A program made the translations under genes and the position numbers. Of a stretch of DNA of 41,312 nt, positions 26,689-34,768 are shown piece after piece. The notes beneath the pieces were generated by a model, which was given only the letters and a program-made list of their open reading frames with translations, was not told where the DNA came from and searched no databases. The DNA is taken from contig CAZBKY010000003.1 of assembly GCA_964492595.1 (NCBI GenBank), positions 1 to 41,312 on the forward strand. The letters are read 5' to 3'. This DNA comes from an uncultured Muribaculaceae bacterium. GTDB lineage: Bacteria > Bacillota_I > Bacilli_A > RF39 > UBA660. Within the stretch, counting starts at the first letter, position 1; every line of letters starts with the position of its first letter.

Positions 26689-27663
26689 TTATTTTTCTCC
26701 TTCTTCCAGCATTGTTCTTATAAAAATTGCATATCCCTCAATTGGTGAAGAAACTACAACATGTGTCACCGCTCCTATTATTTTATTGTTTTGAATAATT
26801 GGGCTACCGCTCATTCCTTGAACTACACCTCCAGTTATATTTATTAATTCTTCATCTACTATTTTAAAACTCAATGATTTAGAAGTTTTTATTTTAGATT
26901 TATCAATATTAACAATATTTATTTCATAAGCTTTTGTAGTACTTCCTGCAATATTGGTATAAATATATGCCTGGCCTAAAGCAATCTCATCAAAACTTGA
27001 AACACTTACTAATTCTCTTTTGGGAATGGTCTCAGTATATTTTCCAAACAAACCTACATTTGTATTTTTATAAATGCTCCCGAGTACTTTATTGTAGTGT
27101 ATTGAAGCATTTTTACTTCCTACAGACCCTGATGAACTTCTATCAATACTGTTTACAAAACTTTCAAATATACTACCGTTTTTTACCTCTACTCCTCTTT
27201 CTGTTTCATTCATTATAATTTCGTGCCCCAGTGAGCCATACATTTTACTTATAGGGTCTATATATGTTAAAGTACCTATGCCAATTACTTTCTCTTTTAC
27301 ATATAAACCTGTTTTATATACATTATCCTCTTTAATAAGATTTAATTTTGTAGCAATTTCGTTTTTGTTTCTTTTTATTTTAATATTAACCTTGCCATCT
27401 GTGACTTTTTCTTCAATTAATGAGCTCATTTCTTTAATGCTTTCAACACTGGATCCTTCAATTTCCAATATATAGTCACCAATTTTAAGAGTCTCTTTAC
27501 CTATAAACTCTCCATCAACCTTATAAAAACCAACTACAACAAGGCCATCAGTATTTAAACTAAGCCCAATATTTTCTCCGCCAGGAATAATATTCTCTGA
27601 ATAGGCAATAATATTTATAGGAAAAATAAACAAAATCATAAAAATTGATAAGACTCTCTTCAT
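26689..27663 (-). CDS. spoIVB: SpoIVB peptidase (S55) with PDZ domain
   Basis: 324 aa with a signal anchor and a PDZ domain (GDYILEIEG). S55 motifs GTLTYIDPISKMYGSLGHEI and GMSGSPII...GAVTHV. Confidence 0.85.
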   Translation of the reverse strand: MKRVLSIFMILFIFPINIIAYSENIIPGGENIGLSLNTDGLVVVGFYKVDGEFIGKETLKIGDYILEIEGSSVESIKEMSSLIEEKVTDGKVNIKIKRNKNEIATKLNLIKEDNVYKTGLYVKEKVIGIGTLTYIDPISKMYGSLGHEIIMNETERGVEVKNGSIFESFVNSIDRSSSGSVGSKNASIHYNKVLGSIYKNTNVGLFGKYTETIPKRELVSVSSFDEIALGQAYIYTNIAGSTTKAYEINIVNIDKSKIKTSKSLSFKIVDEELINITGGVVQGMSGSPIIQNNKIIGAVTHVVVSSPIEGYAIFIRTMLEEGEK

Positions 27664-27702
27664 CTTTTTTCACCTCTAAATTTAGTATGCCCTTTATATG
27701 GG

Positions 27703-27733
27703 AAAAAAAATTACCAATAAAAGTATTGGTAAT
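27703..27733 (-). terminator. Strong intrinsic terminator after xseB
   Basis: The - strand reads ATTACCAATA-CTTT-TATTGGTAAT followed by T8. Confidence 0.8.
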
Positions 27734-27739
27734 TTATGG

Positions 27740-27958
27740 CTAATCTTCTATATTTAATTCTTCAAATTCATTATTATCATTTAAGACTTTATTTATAGTT
27801 TTAGTAGCATTTTTCAGTTTATCATCGCAAAACTTCAGTAATTCAGTAGCTTTTTTATACTTTTCAATGGATTTATCTAAATCAATTTCTCCATTTTCTA
27901 ATTCTTTTACTATTACCTCAAGCTTTAATAAAGCACTTTCAAATGTTTCTTTTTCCAT
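27740..27958 (-). CDS. xseB: Exodeoxyribonuclease VII small subunit
   Basis: 72 aa. FESALLKLEVIVKELENGEIDLDKSIEKYKKA. Confidence 0.9.
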   Translation of the reverse strand: MEKETFESALLKLEVIVKELENGEIDLDKSIEKYKKATELLKFCDDKLKNATKTINKVLNDNNEFEELNIED

Positions 27959-27959
27959 G

Positions 27960-29156
27960 TTAATTCTTTCCTTTCACTTCCGCCTCTAAGAATCCTTTAT
28001 AAAGTAGGACTTCTATATTATCTCCAATATTGGCAGACTCACTGTTTTTTAATATATCACCATTGTATTTTACAATGCTATATCCTTTTTCTAATAAATT
28101 TTCCGGATTTAAAAGCTCCAGTTTCATTTTTAGGGATTCAAATCTATTATTATCTTTTATAATTTTATTATTTATTACGTTATTTAACTTAACTTTTATA
28201 TTTTCTATTTCCTTATATTTTATATCATACATTTTTAAAGGATTATTTAACAAATAATTACTTTTATATTTATTTATTTTTTCATTATAATAATTTATTT
28301 TACCTAATAAGGCAGTATTTAATCTATTTACTGCATCACTTAAATATCCTTCAATATCTTCTTTATTTTTAACTACTAACTCTGCAGCGGCAGTTGGAGT
28401 TGGGGCTCTTAAGTCTGCCACAAAATCCGCGATTGTATAGTCAATTTCATGCCCTACAGCACTTATTATAGGAACACTACTATTATATATAGCTCTAGCA
28501 ACTATTTCTTCATTAAAAACCCATAAATCTTCTATAGAACCTCCGCCTCTTCCCACAATTAATACATCTATATCAGTTTCATTTGCTTTATCTATCATTT
28601 TAACAATTCCCTCTTTAGCACCTTCTCCCTGAACTAAACTAGGAAATAAATATATTTCACATAATGGATATCTTCTATTGATTGTAGATATAATATCTTT
28701 TACTGCAGCGCCCTCTTTAGCTGTTATTACCCCAATTTTTTGTGGAAATCTTGGTATCTTTTTTTTATGTGAGGAGTCAAATAGTCCTTCGGTTGATAAT
28801 TTCTTTTTTAACTCTTCAAATAAAACATATAAATTTCCTACTCCATCTTGTTTTATTTCTGATACTGATATCTGATAACTCCCACTAACTGTATAAACAT
28901 TTATTTTACCTCTAATTAAGACAGAATCTCCATCTTTCGGTGTAAATAATAATTTATTTTGAGCGTTAAAGAATACTGCATTTATTTTACTGTTTTCATC
29001 TTTTAGAGAAAAATATAAATGTCCTCTTGAATGATATTTCAGATTACTTATTTCACCTTTAACATATATTTCAGATAAAAAATCATTGCCCTCAAGAATA
29101 GTTTTTATTATTTCATTAATCTCTGTGATACTTCTATAATTCATTTTTAACCTCAT
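27960..29156 (-). CDS. xseA: Exodeoxyribonuclease VII large subunit
   Basis: 398 aa with an OB-fold N-terminus (VKGEISNLKYHSRGHLYFSLKD) and a catalytic core (RGGGSIEDLWVFN). The start could be M5 (29144). Confidence 0.95.
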   Translation of the reverse strand: MRLKMNYRSITEINEIIKTILEGNDFLSEIYVKGEISNLKYHSRGHLYFSLKDENSKINAVFFNAQNKLLFTPKDGDSVLIRGKINVYTVSGSYQISVSEIKQDGVGNLYVLFEELKKKLSTEGLFDSSHKKKIPRFPQKIGVITAKEGAAVKDIISTINRRYPLCEIYLFPSLVQGEGAKEGIVKMIDKANETDIDVLIVGRGGGSIEDLWVFNEEIVARAIYNSSVPIISAVGHEIDYTIADFVADLRAPTPTAAAELVVKNKEDIEGYLSDAVNRLNTALLGKINYYNEKINKYKSNYLLNNPLKMYDIKYKEIENIKVKLNNVINNKIIKDNNRFESLKMKLELLNPENLLEKGYSIVKYNGDILKNSESANIGDNIEVLLYKGFLEAEVKGKN

Positions 29157-29547
29157 TATCTAAAATATTATCTAACACTCCATTTATTAATGGCACTACT
29201 TTTTCATCTGAATATTTTTTAGCCAGCTCTATAGCTTCATTTATAACGACTGCTTTAGGTGTAGAAGTATATAATAATTCAAATACACTTAATTTCAAAA
29301 TAGCCTGATCAGTATTTCCAAGTCTTTTAAAACTCCAGTTTTTTAAATATTTTTCAATAAGATTTATCAAATCTTTTTCTTTTTCTATAACACCATACAC
29401 TAAAAGATTGACAAATTCATTTTCTATATCGAGTTGCTCTTTAATGATGTCTTTTATCTCATAATCAAGATTTTCTTTTTTATAAAAATCAACTTGATAT
29501 AAAATAATCATAACTTTTTCTCTTAGTTCACTTCTAGTGTGTCTCAT
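29134..29547 (-). CDS. nusB: Transcription antitermination factor NusB
   Basis: Start moved to MRHTRSELREKVM, with SD AAAGGAGA. Typical NusB helices (AILKLSVFELLY, VVINEAIELAKKY). Confidence 0.9.
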   Translation of the reverse strand: MRHTRSELREKVMIILYQVDFYKKENLDYEIKDIIKEQLDIENEFVNLLVYGVIEKEKDLINLIEKYLKNWSFKRLGNTDQAILKLSVFELLYTSTPKAVVINEAIELAKKYSDEKVVPLINGVLDNILDNEVKNEL

Positions 29548-29578
29548 ATATTCTCCTTTTATTATATAAATTTTATTA

Positions 29579-32290
29579 TTAATTACAATCTGAAACATAT
29601 GTGTTTCCTAAAGTCCCAGAATTACATGTGAATGAAGTCCCTTTTATACAAGTGCTTGAAGACTGTTGTGAACTATTAAATCCATAAGTAACATTTTGTG
29701 TACAAGTGTCAGTTTGTTGTCTTCCTTCAGTCCAATTACTTGAATTGCAGGCAAACGAATTTATTGTACAACTACTTACAACATCATTTTGAGAAGAGCT
29801 AAAATTATAACTGTAATTTGTATCACATGAAACATAGTAAGTGTTGTATGTCGAACTTGAACATGAAATTAAATTATCAGAACAGGAACTTTCAGTAGTA
29901 ATTGATGGAACACCAAAATAATATGAATAATTTTTAACACTACAAGAAGATACATAATTTTGATAATAATGGCTTGAGTTACATGTAAACCCTGGAGTTT
30001 TTGAACAACTTGGTACAGTTGAAGTGGAATCTGAAAAACCATATATAGGAGGTGTTGTTGTACCATCAATTACTACACATGTTCTTGTTGTTTGATTCCA
30101 ATTATATACATCTCTATCACATTTTTTAGAATTTTTAGTATAGTTTGCAATCGTTCTAACACATTCTTTATATGTCCTACTATAAGATACTAGATTTGAT
30201 ATACAAGTTTTTGTTACTTTTGTCCATTCTATTCTATTAAATACCGCATTTATTATGACAGGTTCAATTCCCATTGTAAGAATATTTCCATTTATAGAAC
30301 TTCCTGCTCCAGATACTAAATCCCATCTTACAAATTGATATTTACTTTTTGATGGCGTAGGAAGAGTTACAGTAGTGTTATATTTCATAGTTGTTGGTAA
30401 ACCAGTACTTAAAGCTCCACTGGTTTCATCATCAGCACAACTATAAGTTGTTGATAATTGGTACTCATCAGTGTATATTGCTTTTGCATAAGTATAAGTG
30501 CTTCCCATTATTATATTATTACCATTAGAAAAACCATCTCCTCCTGTAACTTCCCATCTTACAAATGTTTCTCCGATGTTTCTAACAGGAGGAATTACAT
30601 TAATAATATCTTCTGGATAATAATATTTAGGAGAAGTGTTAGTTTCTGAAAATCCCCCATCTAAATCTATAATTAATAAATTCATAGGATTTTCATAAAT
30701 AATGTTGCGCATAAAATTATAAGAAATTCTGGCATGACCATTTCCTGATTTTGCATAATTCTCTATAGGGTTTGAACTATACTGTGTGGTTGTTATTGTT
30801 TTAGTGTTTTCATCATCAGAAATAGTACAATTAAAACAACACATATATTTGTTTATTAAATTTTCATTGCCTATATAACCAGAACCACCACCACCACCAG
30901 TGCCATAGCCTTGAGCTCCACCATAATAACCTCCACCTCCACCTCCACCCGCTGCACCCACGGTAGATTGAAGAGCCATTCCATATAACCCATTTTTTAA
31001 ACTGTTATAAGCATTAACTCCACCAGAGGTTTGAGTCCCTCCATTTGCATAATAAGCAGGTGTGGAGTAAGTACCGCTAGAAGCAGTACCGAGTCCTCCA
31101 ATATATCCACCTCCATGTCCCGGAATGTAATTAGAAGTACTTGTGATTCCACCTCCACCTCCTGCAATTATTATTCTTGAATTTAATCCTAGGGTTGAAT
31201 TCCATAACAAATCAGAGGATTCTGGTGGTGTTTCCCCGAAAAGTCTTATATCTGTAGACCCTCCTCCGCCTTGAGAATAAGCACCAGAATTATTTCCCCC
31301 TGTTCCTCCACCATTATATCCACCCGCAGCATAATAAGTGGTGCCAGAAGTAACTGTTAAACCACTTCCTCCTACATACGTGTATAGATTTTCACCTCTG
31401 GTTAAAAACATATCTCCTTTAGAGTAAGCACCATATCCTCCTATCAGGGAACCAGAATAACTTCCTCCTTGAGCTCCCCATACTTCTAATGTGTATAAGC
31501 CATTTGCCATTACTGGATATATTTGAGCTGTAGGAGTATATGAAAAATCAGCTTGTTTAGGTATTAAATATACTTCACAAAAAGTACTGTTAGTTCTATT
31601 TATTAATTCAAACTCATTTCCCACTATTGAAATTGAAGCTCCATCAGTACAATAAGTTAAAAATGTATCAATGGTATAATTTGACAATGTCAAATCTTCA
31701 GTTACTAATTCATCCACAACATAGGTAGTAATAATATCATTTTGAACATATTCTTTAATTCCTATCCAAACATCTCCCACAAAATATTTATCTTGATTAT
31801 GTATTTGATTGTTTACTGGATCTGATACATATGTAATTGTTAATGTGTAATTTCTTTCTTCTTGAGGTAGTATGACTACATCGTATAATATAGGGCCATC
31901 TATTGAAGGAAGATATCTTGCAGAAACCAACTGTCCGACCACATCATCTTCTAAGGTATACATTAAATAGTTCTTATTTACAAAAGTATTCTCTACAATA
32001 GTCCATATCAAACTGAATGTAGCAGAATTTGTTGCACTATTATTTATAATACTGAAAGTTTTTATTATGCTTTCTCCAGGTGCCAAATCTGTTTGAACAT
32101 TATCGGATGTTCCTCTGTATGTTATTGCAATATAAGCTGAAGTAATATTCATAGAAGCGGCATCGCCTAGGACAGCATAAGCAACCCATGCATATGCTGT
32201 ACCAATTAAAGCAACCAAAAAACAAATAACACTAACTATCATTAATTTTTGTTTTCCACTTAATTTTAATTTTGATTTTTCTATTTCCAT
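29579..32290 (-). CDS. Large secreted/anchored multidomain protein: TasA-like N-terminus, ALK-type glycine-rich domain, 2 Listeria-Bacteroides repeats, Cys-rich C-terminal repeats
   Basis: 903 aa with an N-terminal TM/signal (aa 15-40). DLAPGESIIKTFSIINNS resembles TasA NLKPGDKLTKDFQFENNGS. The glycine-rich domain spans aa ~248-525 (LEVWGAQGG, GGYGAYSKG, LYTYVGGSG, GGYNGGGTGG, GGGGSTDIRL, RIIIAGGGGG, GGGGGGGYYGG, GGGGGSGYIG, GNGHARISY). PF09479-like repeats span aa ~535-686 (DLDGG...GETFVRWEV; YQFVRWDL). There are 16 Cys in aa 696-902. Confidence 0.85.
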   Translation of the reverse strand: MEIEKSKLKLSGKQKLMIVSVICFLVALIGTAYAWVAYAVLGDAASMNITSAYIAITYRGTSDNVQTDLAPGESIIKTFSIINNSATNSATFSLIWTIVENTFVNKNYLMYTLEDDVVGQLVSARYLPSIDGPILYDVVILPQEERNYTLTITYVSDPVNNQIHNQDKYFVGDVWIGIKEYVQNDIITTYVVDELVTEDLTLSNYTIDTFLTYCTDGASISIVGNEFELINRTNSTFCEVYLIPKQADFSYTPTAQIYPVMANGLYTLEVWGAQGGSYSGSLIGGYGAYSKGDMFLTRGENLYTYVGGSGLTVTSGTTYYAAGGYNGGGTGGNNSGAYSQGGGGSTDIRLFGETPPESSDLLWNSTLGLNSRIIIAGGGGGITSTSNYIPGHGGGYIGGLGTASSGTYSTPAYYANGGTQTSGGVNAYNSLKNGLYGMALQSTVGAAGGGGGGGYYGGAQGYGTGGGGGSGYIGNENLINKYMCCFNCTISDDENTKTITTTQYSSNPIENYAKSGNGHARISYNFMRNIIYENPMNLLIIDLDGGFSETNTSPKYYYPEDIINVIPPVRNIGETFVRWEVTGGDGFSNGNNIIMGSTYTYAKAIYTDEYQLSTTYSCADDETSGALSTGLPTTMKYNTTVTLPTPSKSKYQFVRWDLVSGAGSSINGNILTMGIEPVIINAVFNRIEWTKVTKTCISNLVSYSRTYKECVRTIANYTKNSKKCDRDVYNWNQTTRTCVVIDGTTTPPIYGFSDSTSTVPSCSKTPGFTCNSSHYYQNYVSSCSVKNYSYYFGVPSITTESSCSDNLISCSSSTYNTYYVSCDTNYSYNFSSSQNDVVSSCTINSFACNSSNWTEGRQQTDTCTQNVTYGFNSSQQSSSTCIKGTSFTCNSGTLGNTYVSDCN
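29582..30046 (-). repeat. Four tandem coding repeats of a ~36-42-aa three-cysteine module
   Basis: aa 749-903. Each unit is (Y/T)(S/G)(Y/F)xF, then a Ser-rich stretch, then C-x6-7-C-NSS-x11-14-C. Examples: SCSKTPGFTCNSS...SSC; SCSDNLISCSSS...SC; SCTINSFACNSS...TC; TCIKGTSFTCNSG...DC. Confidence 0.7.
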
Positions 32291-32324
32291 ATCAACCTTA
32301 AAAATTATCTTAATTTACTTTTTA

Positions 32325-32353
32325 ATTATATAAAAAAAAGAATATTATGTCAA
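32325..32353 (-). promoter_or_regulatory. Perfect consensus sigma-A promoter for the 903-aa gene
   Basis: The - strand reads TTGACA (32353-32348), 17 nt, TATAAT (32330-32325). The -35 abuts the dtd stop codon. Confidence 0.7.
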
Positions 32354-32354
32354 T

Positions 32355-32801
32355 TTAACACACTACACTATCTAGCAAAATTGTTACAGGTCCATCATTT
32401 GTTATCTTAACTTTCATATCAGCACCAAAAACACCTTTTTCTATTTTTATTCCGAACAAAGTTAAATTTTTATTAAAATATTCATAAAGCTCATTAGCAT
32501 CTTCCTGTCTCATTGCAGTAGAAAAAGATGGTCTTCGCCCCTTTGCGGTATTGGCATATAAGGTAAATTGACTTATACTAAGTATTTCTCCTTTTATATC
32601 TAATAAACTTAAATTCATCAGTCCGTTATTATCACTGAAAACTCGCAGGTTTATAAGTTTATCAATCATTTTATCCACTGTTTTTTCATCATCTGTAGAA
32701 GTAAAACCAACAAAAACCACTAAACCTTTATTTATTTTTCCAGTTATGTGACTTCTCACAGAAACATTACTTTCTAAACTCCTTTGAATTAATAATTTCA
32801 T
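32355..32801 (-). CDS. dtd: D-aminoacyl-tRNA deacylase
   Basis: 148 aa. GLVVFVGF, SQFTLYA, KGRRPSF motifs. Confidence 0.95.
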   Translation of the reverse strand: MKLLIQRSLESNVSVRSHITGKINKGLVVFVGFTSTDDEKTVDKMIDKLINLRVFSDNNGLMNLSLLDIKGEILSISQFTLYANTAKGRRPSFSTAMRQEDANELYEYFNKNLTLFGIKIEKGVFGADMKVKITNDGPVTILLDSVVC

Positions 32802-32858
32802 ATCAAATTTGCCTTTCTATTTTTACTAATTGACAGTATATATATTTCAGTTTATTTT

Positions 32859-34754
32859 CTATTTTTTATTATGTTTTTCATTCCATCTTATATCAATAAT
32901 TCTTTTATCATTTAAATTTATATTTTGGCAGTTCTTTGAATGGACCATTATCCCGCTGCTTTTTGTAACATAACCCACTATTTCCTCTCCATGGGTGGGA
33001 TTACAACAAGAAGCAATAGAAGAAGGTATGTTTGATTTTCCATTTACAAGAATGTTGTTTGAAGGAGAACTTTTTGTATCTTTTAATACTTTAGTTTTTT
33101 CTTTCTTTGGAATGATTTTGTTTAAAATAGTTGAAGGAAAATATTTTAAAACTGAAATATTAAAATATAAGTCATCAATATTTTCTAACTTTAATTCTTT
33201 TAATAATTCATTTATGTTTTTATCTTTTAAAATAACCTCTATATTAAGATTTCTTTTTTTAATCTCATTTTCAAGCATACATTTGCCTGAAGCAATCATT
33301 TTATCTTTTTCTTTTTTATAAAAATATGATCTTATTCTTCCTCTTGCCTGTTCTGTTTTAACAAATTTCAACCAATTTTTACTTGGAGAGGCTCCTTTTT
33401 TAGTATTTATTTTTACTATATCCCCATCTTCAAGCTTATAATCTAGTTTAACTATTTTATTATTAACTAAAACACTTGCAACACTATTACCAACCTCTGA
33501 ATGTATTTTGTAGGCAAAATCTATTGGAGTTGAGCCTGAAGGCAGTTCAATAACATCACCAAGAGGAGTAAATACATAAATCTCTCCTGCTTTTAATTCG
33601 TTATTTATATTTTTAAAAAAATCTACACTGTCATTTATATCTTTAGATTCAATTAAAGCTCTAAAAGACTCGAGTCTCATTTCCATATTATTTTTTACTT
33701 TTCCATCTGATTTTTCTTTATATGACCAGTGCGATGCTACTCCAGTTTCTGCGATTGCATTCATATCATAAGTTCTTACTTGAAATTCATATATTCTACT
33801 ATTTATGCCAAAAACAGTAGTATGCAAACTCTGATACATATTTGATTTCGGATTAGCAATAAAATCTTTAAATCTTTTGGGAATAAAACGATATTTTGAA
33901 TGAATCAGTCCAATAACCAGATAACACTCTTCTATTTTATTAACAAGTATTCTTATTCCAAGTAAATCATAAATGTCTTCCCATTTTTTTCCTGCATGAA
34001 TTTTATTAAATATTCCTCTAACACTTTTTACTCTACTTGTTATATCAAATTTTATATTATGTGAATTTAATATTTCTATAAATTCCATCTTCATAGAATT
34101 TAAATCTTTTTCGAGCTCATTTTTTGAAGTATTAATTTTGTTTAATATTTCTGCATATTCTTCTGGATATGTGTATTTTAAGCAAAAATCCTCTAGTTCA
34201 CTCATTATTTTTTTGACACCTAGTCTATGAGCAATAGGTACTAAAATATTCATTGTTTCATCAATTATTTCTTTTTGATGCTCACTACTATGAACATAAA
34301 TTGTTTTTATATTATGAAGACGATTTGCAAATGTTATAAAAAGTGCTTTGGGATTTTCTGATAAACCCACAATAATCCTTCTATACCTTTGTGCATTATT
34401 GCCTTTATTAAATGTTCTTTTTAAACTGCTTATTTTTGAATAGCTCTGTAAAATTACAGCAATTTCTTCTCCAAAACAATTTTCTATTTCTTCAAATGTC
34501 ATTTTTTCAAGTATAATCGCTTCATGAAGTAATGCAGAGCCAATAGTTGCAGGATCCATTTTTAATTCTGATAAAATGTAAGCTACTGTGATAGGATGAT
34601 GAATATAATCCTCCCCTGTTTCTCTTTTCATATTTTCATAAATCTTAAGAGAGGATTTATAATATTTATCAATTAAATTTAAAGCCCCTTCATCCATGTA
34701 TGTTTTTAATGAGTTTACTAAGTCATTATATGAAATTATGTTTGAATTTTTCAA
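32859..34754 (-). CDS. rel: RelA/SpoT homologue with degenerate hydrolase motifs and no C-terminal ACT/RRM domain
   Basis: 631 aa. The synthetase domain is intact (YQSLHTTV, EFQVRTYDMN, GVASHWSYKE). The TGS domain and Cys-rich ZFD (CCNPTHGEEIVGYV) are present. The HD region reads LLHEAIILEKM and FANRLHN instead of LHDVVEDT and LADRLHN. The protein ends right after IDIRWNEK. Confidence 0.9.
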   Translation of the reverse strand: MKNSNIISYNDLVNSLKTYMDEGALNLIDKYYKSSLKIYENMKRETGEDYIHHPITVAYILSELKMDPATIGSALLHEAIILEKMTFEEIENCFGEEIAVILQSYSKISSLKRTFNKGNNAQRYRRIIVGLSENPKALFITFANRLHNIKTIYVHSSEHQKEIIDETMNILVPIAHRLGVKKIMSELEDFCLKYTYPEEYAEILNKINTSKNELEKDLNSMKMEFIEILNSHNIKFDITSRVKSVRGIFNKIHAGKKWEDIYDLLGIRILVNKIEECYLVIGLIHSKYRFIPKRFKDFIANPKSNMYQSLHTTVFGINSRIYEFQVRTYDMNAIAETGVASHWSYKEKSDGKVKNNMEMRLESFRALIESKDINDSVDFFKNINNELKAGEIYVFTPLGDVIELPSGSTPIDFAYKIHSEVGNSVASVLVNNKIVKLDYKLEDGDIVKINTKKGASPSKNWLKFVKTEQARGRIRSYFYKKEKDKMIASGKCMLENEIKKRNLNIEVILKDKNINELLKELKLENIDDLYFNISVLKYFPSTILNKIIPKKEKTKVLKDTKSSPSNNILVNGKSNIPSSIASCCNPTHGEEIVGYVTKSSGIMVHSKNCQNINLNDKRIIDIRWNEKHNKK

Positions 34755-34768
34755 AGAAAACCACTCCT

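Noticed and set aside
27664-27702. CATACTA upstream of spoIVB matches the sigma-G -10 consensus (CATxxTA). That would fit forespore expression as in B. subtilis.
   Set aside because: No acceptable GHATR -35 element lies at 17-18 nt; that region is the T-run of the xseB terminator. A 7-mer match alone in AT-rich DNA is not evidence.
29582-30223. The Cys-rich C-terminal repeats, considered as a diversity-generating retroelement variable region.
   Set aside because: There is no reverse transcriptase, no template repeat and no second near-identical DNA copy in the window. The repeats diverge at all base types rather than at adenine-templated positions.
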